Shown here piece by piece: positions 37,245 to 48,810 of a stretch of 64,000 nucleotides of DNA (its first letter is position 1; each line of letters begins with the position of its first letter). This stretch comes from Camelus dromedarius (Eukaryota): positions 22,322,001 to 22,386,000 of the forward strand of contig NC_087436.1 in the NCBI RefSeq assembly GCF_036321535.1, written 5' to 3'. Position numbers and translations under genes: made by a program. Below the pieces are notes generated by a model, which saw only the letters and a list, made by a program, of their open reading frames with translations, searched no databases and was not told where the DNA came from.

Positions 37245-37537
37245 CATAGAATATATAATTCTCTGTATAGTATGAAATAAATTTAGTAAAATAAAATAAA
37301 TACCCAATATATATATCTTTTAAAATATACATCAGGTATTTATTTTATCTATTAAAATATTAAGTTGAATATATGTATTATATATATTTTACTAAATTGC
37401 ATGTTACATATATTCAATTTAATACATTCTAATAAATAAATACTGGACATATAAAGGAAAACATATATATATATCAGGTACTTATTTTATTTATTTTGCT
37501 AAATTTAGATGATAGTATGAGAATGTGTATTCTGTGA
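37245..37537. repeat. Long imperfect AT-rich palindrome with nested internal inverted repeats
   Basis: 37358-37377 pairs with 37405-37424 at 19/20 positions. Outer arms 37280-37347 and 37431-37505 are also complementary. Confidence 0.8.
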
Positions 37538-38216
37538 TTGATATATGTATATGTTTTTATATATGTTTAAAACCATGTATGTGTGTTTAAACTCCATATT
37601 TGAGGACTGAGAACGTGGAAAAGGAGATAAGAATCTGGAAAGCACGTTTCCTGTGGAATGAACTTCTGATGCGCTCTTAGTCTTTAATGCCTAGGCAGGG
37701 GATTTTGACAGCGATGGTCTGTCTTACACTAGACCAGGTAGGTTTTTACCTTGCAAACTTAGCTTTGAACTGCTGACAGCCAGCTAAGGGTCGTGAAGCA
37801 TTAGTCACTAGGTATTTTTGGCTTTGCCAGGTGGCTGCAACTTGTTGTGGTTCTGACCCTAAAAGACTTTCTGTGGAGATAGGGCCAAAGACAGGGGCCT
37901 TTAGCCAGCACAGATGGCTTCAGAGTGCAGATTGCTCCAGTTTGACCTTAAACTTGTATTCTAACGCAAGGGCTTCAGCAAAGCAGTGTCTTTGGCAGGT
38001 GCCAAGGCCTAAGGCTGCAGGCTGCTGTAATTTATCCTGATGCAGGCACAGCTTGGCCTGCCATCACTGGCCAGGCTAAAGTGAGATTGTAACCTGCATG
38101 TACATGGCAAATCAGCAATTACACAGGAACCACAGAACACTATGGAGCTTCTAGCCTTAAATGGTTAAAATATAAATTATCACGCTGCTGTGGCTTAAGG
38201 TCTTTTGCATTAAGTG

Positions 38217-38230
38217 GCGGTAGGTGGCGC
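38217..38230 (+). promoter_or_regulatory. Candidate CTCF site
   Basis: GCGGTAGGTGGCGC matches 12 of 14 positions of CCASYAGRKGGCRS and retains two CpGs in CpG-poor DNA. Confidence 0.5.
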
Positions 38231-41200
38231 TCTATTCTGCATTCACAGTACAGGTTGAGACTGGTGCACTTGACCTCAAATCGTGTGTCTTGTCCAAAGG
38301 CTCAATCATAGAAAAAGAAACTAGAGAAGGATGTTTGGGTGAGTTTCAACACAATTATTGTAGCTGAGCATGTGGGTATCCCAGTAGCCAGGAGATTTAT
38401 GGGATGGAAAAGAAGAAGGAAACTGTCTAGACATTAGAGGACCACGAGGCTGAGGCACCTGTCCTCTCTGGGACCTCAGGGCACATGGCTCAACAGTCTC
38501 TATAGTAGCTTCAGTTCAGAAATTCTGAGGCCGCTTTTTCAGCAGAAATAAATGTGACCCTAAGGTGAAATCCTTTTCTAGGAGGTAGGGTTTTTTTGTT
38601 TGTTTGTTTTTGTTTTTGTTTTTTGTTTTTTGTTTTTAGGCCAAATTAATTCCATTCCAAGAAGCAAAGGAAGATGCCACTACACACACACACACACAAT
38701 ACCTCCCAGAATACCTAGGAGTCAGTACCATCTTTAAAACTCATGCTTAAAGGGAACTGGGAGGGAAGAGTTTCTGAATAGGTTGGGTGAAAAAGAAAGG
38801 ATTCTCAAATAACACCTTGTTAGTAGGGAGGGGCACTGCCATTGTGAACAAAAATGGCAGCATCTCAAGGCCACTTTCCTCCGGAGACATTAGGCATCTG
38901 GAATGTCCCCCACTGTACATGTGGTAAATTCGTAGTGACAGAATTAATCATTTGCTGGGAGGTTCCTACCAATTAAATTCACTGGTTGTAGATTCCAGAA
39001 AAGTAGACCAGCTGGCAATGCAGCCATGCTGAATCCAAGATGCTCACCATCTACCATCTGCCCTTCTTCCTCAGACACCAGTGGGATGGCCTTTGACAAT
39101 ACTGTGTATTGGATTTAGGGAACAGGATTGTACCATGGATCACTGCTCTACGGGTGAGGGTTTGGCTTATATTCTAAATTTGGTGGGTGTGGGGTTAAGT
39201 TTACTTTTTGAGTCTTACTTTTAAAAGTCTGATTAGAGTGAGAATGAAGTATCTTGACACTGAGCTAAGAATTTCTGAGGCCTTAAAAGATCCACACACT
39301 TCCCAGGCTGTATTTGCTGGGGGGAAAAAAAAAACCCAAATACAAAGCTCTACCCATTTGTGGTGAACTCCTCTGACTGAACGGAGCAGAATTACAAATT
39401 GGGAAGGACAACTTTTGGATTTTATCTTTTAAAGTCAAAGGGATTTGATTTTGAGCCTTATTTCCTTTGGATTTAACTTGCCAGTGTATTTATTCTTTGA
39501 ACTTCAATTTCTCTTTAGAAATTTAATATTGGCAGAGGGCTTAGAGATAAAATTAGGGAATCTTTATTGCTGGAATTTTATGAATCGAAGGTCTTTATGC
39601 CTTTATGAAACTTTCACACTATTGTCATCTAATCTCATTGCAAAATTTCTGATAACCTGTATAAGACAACATGGCTAGACATAATCTGGCTTGAAAATTA
39701 GAATAATAATGGCTAATTTCTTGAAAGTGTACTTTCTTGGGTTGAATCTCTACATCATATACGTTTGTAATTACATATATGTTAAATATAGTATATGTAA
39801 TGTCATATTCATTAATCAGAAGTAAGATGCAGGGTTTAAATGACTAAGTTCAGTTGTCACCGTGACTTGTGTCCTGTTTCTTCCTCCTTTCAGCAGAAGT
39901 TCCCATTTTCTTTTCACAAAATGTCTTTAAAATGAATGAGAACGTGTTTCAGTGTGCTTTGTTCTATTTGACTTGCAAATTTTGCTCTTTGGTCACCCCC
40001 ATTACAGTGTGACTTAAGAGGAAGAACCATGGCATCTTAATTCAAGTGTTTATCATGTACACATATCAATATGGTTTGCATACAGTGACTAATCATTAAG
40101 TACTTAGTAAAATTTGATTCTACCACTATCTCCAGGCAATTGGGTTGTACACCAATGAAATAATTGCTTCAAACCGGAGAAAAACAATGCTCCCAGACAT
40201 ACGCAATGAGGTAATTTCACACAATGGTCATGTAACAGTTCAATGAAGTTGTCATAGAAGGCTTAAAAATAAAACCATATGCCATGAAGCATCAGACTTA
40301 GATCAGGCTCTGGTGCACCAGATATGATTTAAGGTAAAATAATGTGAACGTGCTTGAAATCAAGCCTAGGCAGAGTGATTACGGAAACATAGTGGGATAT
40401 GCTTAATATTTCCTCAGAGGCCATAACAACTCCTCTTGCCAAATCAACAAATCCTGTTATTCTGTCTCTTGAGAGGCTAGATGACTGAGTAACCGGCTGC
40501 AGATGTGATCTTTAAGCTTGCTTTCTGTTTGAGGAATTTGTCAGGCACCACATAGTGTGATGTGCCGATGCAATCTCTGTAGGACCCTCAGAGCAACCAA
40601 CACCAGCCCTGGAGCACACCAGTCGCTCGGGAGCTGTGAAATGCCTAATACCTGGTTCTCATGCCCCCTCTCAGCAACCCCACCTCCAGCTTCCTCTTTA
40701 ATCCACCTCATGTGCAGCCTGAGCATCCAGTTTTAAACTTCCCCCACCCAAGTTGATTGTAGAATGCAGCCAAGAGTGAGAATCAATTCTTAAGGGTCTC
40801 TTGGAAGTCTCAATGCATCTTTTTCCCCCTCTATCTATAGATGGTCCCAGACAGACACACCTCCTTCCTACAGACTCAAGTGAAATCTCACAGGTTGGTT
40901 CCCTGTTGGCCTGGAATTGTAAAGATAAGTTTTCCACCTTCAGGGCTTCATTTCCAGCTTAATGTTGCTAAGCCATGATTGATCCTCCCTCTCAGGAAAA
41001 GTGTGCTTTGTTGCATAGAGTGTTAACCTGTCCTATGGATATGAAAGAGGGTAAACAGCGTGCTAAAAGTTACAAAGACAGCTGTAAATACTTTTAAGTA
41101 TGGAGACTGTTTTTCCTGCCTCACTTTTAAAGAGTTTCACGGATTCTCATCTGTCAGCTGGATTTTGGAACTCCTTGATTGGGAAAAAGCATAGTATAAA

Positions 41201-43368
41201 AAATATTATAAATTTTAAAAGCTGTAAAAAAGTATAAATGTATTTACTAACCAAGTAAGAAGCTACATTTTTTTTAAATAAAATGCATGCATGTCTGATT
41301 TTAATTATTTAGCACACAGAAAATGTTTAGTACACGTGAGAATTCATGGACTTTTTGCAATAACTCTGTGTTTCCTCCAAGGTTCATTGCCCAAAGACTG
41401 GGGCTACTGTTCAATGGTGTCTGTATATGGCAATGGTTTGATTTGTTCATCTCACCACTTCTAAGACATTTATTCCCATATAATCTGGCCCATGATGGTA
41501 CCAAGGTCTAGAAGGTCATTCTCATCCCTGCTCCCAGATCCCAGAGCTATTCAAGCAACACAACTCAGTCTTTTTTTTTTTTTTAAATACTACCCTAGAA
41601 GCTTTCACTGATCAGTTTTTACGCTTAGCCTGGGAGCAGTAAAAGTTATATTCAAGCTGTAAGTAGTTGGTCCTTAACTATTCTTTCTAACTTCAATCCA
41701 TGTCGGTAATATTACATTTCCTGTTGGCCATGAGAGAGTAAGAGAACTATCAGAGCAGTCATTTCTGTGATGAAGTGTAACTATAATGTTAAATAAAATA
41801 CAGCTATGGGAAGTTAAATAAACCTACACTGTGTTAAATAAATCTATAGCCTGAAAGAAGTTTGCTTGTTAATGTAAAGAGCCAATCAAATCTGTGACAC
41901 GGATGAAAATCAAGGACAAAATTGCCATACGAAAGGTCTGACAGCAGAGACAGCATCCTTCCTTTAAATGCATAATAATTGTGGGCATACGTAAAATGGA
42001 AACTGTCCCGGTTCTCTCTTCAAGGCTGTGGGCACCCCTGCAATACCTCTTTTCATTTTCATCTTTCTTCCTCCACAAAGGCAATGAATACTTTTTATTG
42101 GGTAATGTATAATTTGCGTTTGGATCAGTGATCAATGATAAAATTTTTATTTTCACATAATTTTTTTAAAGCTTACAATCTAGGAAGTAAATATGCAAGT
42201 CTCAATTTCTTAAATTATTCTAGTAAATTATTTCTAGTTAAATTTAAATCTAGTTAAATTTTACATTCTCATTAGCCCTGGGAAAATCTAATTTTCCAAG
42301 AAAAGTTGCTCTTACTATCTTATCTTCCACTCAGTTACGGTGCCACTAAGGTATATTCTCTGTTCTAGCCTAAATGGAACCCTGGATTCTTTTATTTTCC
42401 CCGTCTCTTTGAACTTTTCGAAGTTGTGTTTATAATATGGAAGTCAAGTGCACTGGAGTTATAAAACTGATCTAAGATGGTAAGAACTTTGGAATATTCA
42501 GAAGCCCTTGTAACTTTATTATTTGCATTTATTATACCTTGTTTGCAGTTGGTGATGAGCAATGAAGAAATCAAAATTATGAGCCCCAGATCTTGGGTGT
42601 TGCATTGGATAAAATTATAAATAAAATCATAGGCACAAGTTTCTACGGTACTTACTTAGAAAATTTCAGTGAAGATATTGTCACAAGTGATTTTTGAGAG
42701 TGTGAAGCACTGAATTAGCCATTATTCTGCTTAAAAGGAAAAATGGAGACGAGAAAATATTTACAGACTTTTATGTCAAAAATTTCAGTTTATGTCCCGG
42801 CTTATTTAACAGCCAGTTTTTGTCAAATCTGTTCACTGATAGAGGGAAATCCTTTCCTCCCCTCTAGTATGTCCTTCCACGTGGAGGGAGTAAATTGGTG
42901 CAGCTCTTGGAATCTCTTTGTCCTTTTGCTGACCTCACCCTAGATGAGGTAAGTGACTTACCTGACTAGTAATTTGGGAAGAACAAACCGCCTTTTTTTC
43001 CTCTTGGAAGCAAACATACCCACAAGTTAGCCTCTGTTTTCTGTGCTGGGAATCTTAGACAGGAACTCCCCTCCAGGTGGAGATGGTTGCCCCAGCCCAG
43101 TTACCTATGAAAAGGTAGATTATTCTAACGATTTAGCTGTTCAGTATTATGAAATTCATTTGGTTCCCACACAACCTCCACCTTAGCCTTTATGAATAAT
43201 GAAGGTGATATACTGGCTGGCCTCCTTGCTGCTTTTTTTTTTTTTTTTTTCCAATTTACTCTGAACCCATATAGAGAGAAGGAATAAAAACAGCATGCAC
43301 TGGGAAGGGGAAAGAACTGTGTTATATTTGTGAGTTTGCTTTCATATTTTAAAAGAACCATTGTCCTG

Positions 43369-43913
43369 TGTTCCAGTTATTTACTTCTGTGTTAACAAAC
43401 CACCTCAAAACTCAGTGGCTTAAAAATTTATTATTATTTCTCATGATTCTTTGCATTGGCTGGGCTCAGTTGGGCAGTTCCTGCCTCGCATTTGTTACTT
43501 GGTTGCAGTCAGAGGGCGGCAGGGGTTGGATTCAGTTAATGGCGCATGGGGCTGGATAGACCGAAATGACTCACAAATCTGGCACCTCGGCTGAGAAGGC
43601 AAGATCAGTTCTGTTTCTCCCTGCGGCCCTTACACGTGTCCAGAGAAGGCTTCCTCACATAAGAGAAAAGGGGGTTAGACTGATAGACTTCTTACTCTGT
43701 GATTGGCTTCCCTCAGCATTAGTGTTTCAGGAAAACAAGGCAGACCCTGTAAGGCATCTTATGACCTCAACTTGGAAGTCGTGAAGCATCGTTTCTGCCG
43801 CAGTCTATAGCTTTTGCAGGGCCAGCCAGATCCAATGCAGGGGGAACCAGCCAGGTTACCAGCTCCAGGAGCCTTGGCACATGGGCACGGGGGCTTAGCC
43901 ACAAACTGTCATG
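43369..43913 (-). mobile_element. MLT1 (H/J/K-like) MaLR LTR
   Basis: CCAGTTATTTACTTCTGTGTTAACAAACCACCTCAAAACTCAGTGGCTTAAA matches the antisense MLT1 3' end. Confidence 0.75.
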
Positions 43914-44142
43914 TTGGAAACACAAATGTTTGTTATAGGAAACTTTATTTATTAGGATGTTTATTAGAGATTATGTTTGTTCACTTAATTTTGTAACCAC
44001 TTGTCTTAGGAAGCTAAAATCTCACCAATCGTATGATGCTTAAATGCTGATTATTTAATTTAATGTATCACTGAAATTAATGTATTATTGATTTAATTCA
44101 ATGTTAGTTAAAATAAATAAATAATTCTGCCAGCTTAATTTT

Positions 44143-44312
44143 TTCTATTGAAGTATAGTCGATTTACAATGTTGTGTTAGTTTCTGGTGTACAGCATAGT
44201 GATTCAGTTATATATGTATAACTTTTCCTTTTCCTATTCTTTTTTATTATAGGTTATTATAAGGTATTGAATATAGTTCCTTGTGCTTTCCAGTAAGACC
44301 TTGTTGTTTATT

Positions 44313-44350
<38 letters not shown>
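44143..44350 (-). mobile_element. Young L1 3' end with an (AT)n expansion at its 5' junction
   Basis: Perfect 12-bp TSD CAGCTTAATTTT at 44131-44142 and 44351-44362. About 16 (AT) units at 44319-44350. Confidence 0.85.
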
Positions 44351-44353
<3 letters not shown>

Positions 44354-44749
44354 CTTAATTTTAAAGCACAACGTAGAATCTATTTCTTTCACAGCAGGAA
44401 AATCTTAAAAACATAAAGTGCTTACATGACCACAAGGAGGCAGTAATACCTGGAACCGGGGAGCTGTCAGACCAATACCTGTTCCATGAAAATGTTTCAC
44501 TGCTCAGTTTCTCTGGAAGAACTGAGAAAGAAGGGGGGCCCCAAAGAGCAACTGAGATTTAGGACCAATAAACAGGGGCAAGGCAAAGACCTTGCTATTA
44601 GGACTGGAATTTATTGCAGGAGTAAGTATGTCAGAGTTTTATATAAGGCAACTACAGACACTCTAATATATAAAGCACCAATGTTAGTGGTTTTTCATTA
44701 TGAAACTTTATTTTTCACTTAAGTTTTAAATGAATGTTTCTGATTGATG

Positions 44750-45079
44750 AGTGTCTCTCCTTCAAGCAATGATTCAGAAGCAGATACTCTTTCCATCTTC
44801 AAACTCTGTCAGTTTTATCATGAGGATTTCAAGGTTGTCATGCCCATCTGCACACAGCAGGCAAAGGAAGAGGGACTGAATGAAGGGATCATGAGTAAGA
44901 GACTTTCATGGGCCAAGGATGCAAGTGACACACGTAACTCGGATCACACTTTAACTCGGTGGTGTGGCCAGTGCTAGCTGGGAAGTGGGACACAGCCAGG
45001 GATAATGGGGCATGTGATCTAGCTGTGTGTCCAGGAGGAGGGAACAGGGCTTTGGCGAGGGCTTAGCCAGTCTGCCACA
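44750..45079 (-). mobile_element. MLT1I/J-like MaLR LTR fragment
   Basis: Ends in CTAGCTGTGTGTCCAGGAGGA...GCCAGTCTGCCACA, the antisense of an MLT1 5' start. Confidence 0.6.
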
Positions 45080-46550
45080 CTCAGGAGCTAGAATTAGACA
45101 CAGAATCAGAGAGACTTGGTACTGGCCCTAAAGAGCTCTTGACTTTGATATTCTTAGATTTCCTGTTTCTCTACAGGCGAGAAGAGCCCCAGAATCTTGG
45201 AAAGGGCTAAATCAACAAGGAAGCTTAGTGATCCAGTCTTACAGCTTAAAAAGACAATGCCATGGAGGGATATTGTATCGACAAAATCTAATTTTGACCA
45301 ACTCTGATTCTGCTAAAGAGCATATGATTGGCAGATGACCCAGACAGCCTAGAGAGGGGTCAAATAAGCATTAGTGAAGAAGTATATCATACAGAATATA
45401 GGTTGAGAAAGATTGTCAACAATAATCAAAGAAATAGCTGCTCATAGAGATAATGCCATTTCACAAGAAAATTGAAATTTGTTGAGTGCTGTCTCTTTTA
45501 TGAAAACTAAGAAGAGTATTTCTTCAGAAATCTAAATGTTTTCCACCTCATTAATTTTCTTAGTGAAGACGTACAATGCTGGTTGACCTCTGGGCATTTG
45601 TTTTACTTTGACTACTCATGTCTGCCTTGATTTTGCTATCAGCAGAATAAAAAGCCCCTACTGACATCAGACTTAATCTTCCATTTCATTCTGTCAGCCT
45701 TAAGAGTTGAATAACAGTTTTCTCTATATAACTTTTCCCTTTTGTACTTTTAAGCATATATGCATGTTCATTTTTGTTTTAAATTTACTCCATTTCTTAG
45801 CTTTAAGGCATTGAAATGTTTCTATGTTAACTTGTCATTTGCTTTGGAAAAAATAAACTTTCTATAACTTGGGGTGACCCCTGTTCACAGGAAGCACAAT
45901 GGGACCCCCGGCAGAGGGACAAGAGCATGAAGGTCCCTGAAGCCAGACAGAGCAGTATCTTCATTTCAGAGCAAGGTGGGAGGTGGCTTCTGCAACCTCT
46001 TCCTGAGGCGCTGGTAAATCTGTGAGTCCCAGAGTGAAGTAACCATACGGAGAGGACATGTTTCTCGTGAGACATCCAGAATGCCAGCTGTTTATTTTCT
46101 TAACCAGTGTTCCTCTAATCCATTTGCTAAGCACTATGGCTTTGCAGCAATTCATGAGGGAGGAAATGGTTGCCTAATTGCCCAGAAGAATTTCCTCGAG
46201 ATGCTTCGATAGTAACAACTTGTCTTCCTCTGCCCGTGATCCATGAATAGCAAAACAACTGAACATGAAAGTCAGATTGAAAGTATTACAATGGCATCTC
46301 TAGTCAAAATAAAGCCCAGCACTGAAATAATCGTTTGAATAAATCACACCTCTCTCCCCTCAAATACCCATAATTTCCATAGCTCAGTTTGAAGCTTTCT
46401 AGTACTTGAGAATAAAGTATAATTTAATTATTTTCTTGACTTCATTATATGTGAATACATTCAGCCAAAGGGATAAAAATGTCAAGAAATATCCATCTTA
46501 CTCTACTAAACTATCTCCCTCCCCAGCCTGTATATCATTGTCCTTAGAGA

Positions 46551-47056
46551 TGCTGGGGAAGGGAAAATTTCCCCATATGCTGTAGGGTTTGGGGGGGGGG
46601 GCTGATCTAATAGTTGAATTGACATAAGAAAGATTAACAGAAAAAAAACAAATTTAATTTTGTATGTATGGAGGTCTCATAGATATAAGACCTAAGTGGT
46701 GACCAAGGCAGGCAGCTTTTATACAATTATTTTAGACAAAGAAACAATACATTTGTAAGGAATTGACAAGACAAGGAAACTTAGGTTTGGGTGCTTAGTT
46801 AGTGAAGAATCTAAGCAGAGTTTGTTTACACAACCTTCTGGGCCCTGAATTCCCTGTCTCTGGCAATGAGGATATCTCTGTACCCCTCTGGTGCAGGGAG
46901 GGTATTTTCACATGGGAGATTTATGTCCTGCTTTCCAGGGACAAAGGAGGGTCAAAGTGCTGTTCTTGCACTGGCTATTTCTTAAGTAACTTTAATATAA
47001 AATAATCAATATGCTACTTTGACATCTTTGGGGGTGACCTTCTCTGAGCTCTAACA
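46551..47056 (-). mobile_element. ERV1 solo LTR (MER34/MER39-like layout)
   Basis: TG...CA ends, 4-bp near-TSD GAGA/GAGG, and minus-strand ATTAAA near the left end. Confidence 0.75.
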
Positions 47057-47455
47057 GAGGCAACTTCCTGCCATGAAAGGAATCCTAGGGTAAGAGTCAG
47101 ATCACTTGGGTTCACACTGTCCCCTGTCCCTAGCTGTCACTTTGTTTGTGGATCAATTACTCCATTTCTCTGGATCTAATCTATATACTGAAGAAGATGG
47201 GATAGCTCAGACTTCTAACTCATTCTATGATTCTATCATTCTGTTTTCTCCTACGATAAAGTCCCGAAGATCAAGCTTCAATGCAGCGTCCAGAAAGTGA
47301 TGCCTCATTTGCAAACCGAGGTTTTTGACATTAAGTTTCCTTAGGCTGAGTCTGATCACAATCCACTTAAACATCTATTTTCCTTTGAATTATCATTATG
47401 TGACAATGGTAGAGTTTCCTAAAATCTGTCATCTGTCTTGGCATTCTCACAGAAA

Positions 47456-47498
47456 CAACAAACAAACAAACAAACAAACAAACAAACAAACAAACAAA
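47456..47498. repeat. (AAAC)n microsatellite
   Basis: About 10 tandem AAAC units. Confidence 0.95.
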
Positions 47499-48571
47499 AA
47501 CTTCCCCTCATATAGACCTAAATTTCTGGGTAATGCAGACCAAACATCCAAGTTTCACCATAATTCACTATATAATTTTTTCAGATTAAGTGAGATTACT
47601 AGCATAAGAACACTTTGCAAGCTTTGAAAAGTATCATAAAATATTCAATTTTATTGATTGTGTTAGCATGCTATAACATAGACCAAGCCAACTGGTGTTT
47701 AAGTATGGCTAGAAAATTTTCTTTCTTTTGCCATTATGTTTTCAAAGTAAATCTGCAGCCTCTTTCTCTCCTGAGTCTGCTCCCACCATTTCTAGAAGTG
47801 TACATTCACACTCTTTTTCCAGAGAAAGCCAGAGTTGGTCTCCTTGAGGATATTCTTAAAGAGTCATGGCTGGAAGAGATCAGGCTTATATATCTAGACT
47901 GAAATGACTGAGGTATGAATGTGACTTGGAACAAGAGGAAATGAATTTTCAGAGAGTGTGGAAATGTTTTAATATATTCCAGAATGAACTATATTATTTT
48001 ACCAGCGCCTTGTGCACTTTTTAATAAAGATAATACCCCCCAAAAGGAATGTATCACCTGTCACTTTCCTTGTGATCTATAATGAAGAAGGTGAGTTTCT
48101 TCATGACAAATGCATACTTAACGGTAAGTGACAATAGTATTATCTCTCTTACTGTGTGCTGATGAGGTCACCTTCCAGGTGGTCCACAGTCAAGAGCTTC
48201 ACTCCACATATCAATGCAATATCAGCTTCTTGGTGAAGAAAGTTAAGCTAAGAGAATTTCTCTGCAATTTCAAAGGTAAAAAGTGATGATGGTAATGGCA
48301 GTTTCATTTAATAGAAATGATGCCTGAAACATTGAAACTTTAGCTTCTTCAGAAAGGAATAGCTCCTGAGTTTCCAGTCCTGTAGTAGATATTTTATAGA
48401 TATTATTTCTAATCTCCACAAAAATGTTTGAGTTATAGACTATTCCCTTTTTATAGTTGCTAGAACTGGCACTTGGAATGTTTAAATTTCCCCAATAACT
48501 CATGGTTAGTAAATGATTGAACAGGATTTATATCCAGAACTGTCAGACTCCAAAATCTTTCAGCCTCTTGA

Positions 48572-48810
48572 CCTGTGCTGTCCATGGTGGCAAGCCACCA
48601 GACTGTGATATTTGTTACAGCAGCCTGGGAAAATTGAGACAAATAGTTTTTATATTGATTGCCTGTTGAGAGAATAATATTTTGGGTATTGGATTAAATA
48701 AAATATATTGTTAAAAGTCATTTTGTCTTCTTTTACTGTAACTACTAGAAAATTTTAAACTATGGAATGCTTTCTGTAGCCCACGTTATCTTTCCATGGG
48801 CAGCGTTACT
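48572..48810. mobile_element. MER33-like MITE, internally deleted
   Basis: CTGTGCTGTCCA start; TTTTATATTGATT...AATATTTTGGGTATTGGATTAAATAAAATATATT is shared with the copy at 33512. Confidence 0.65.
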
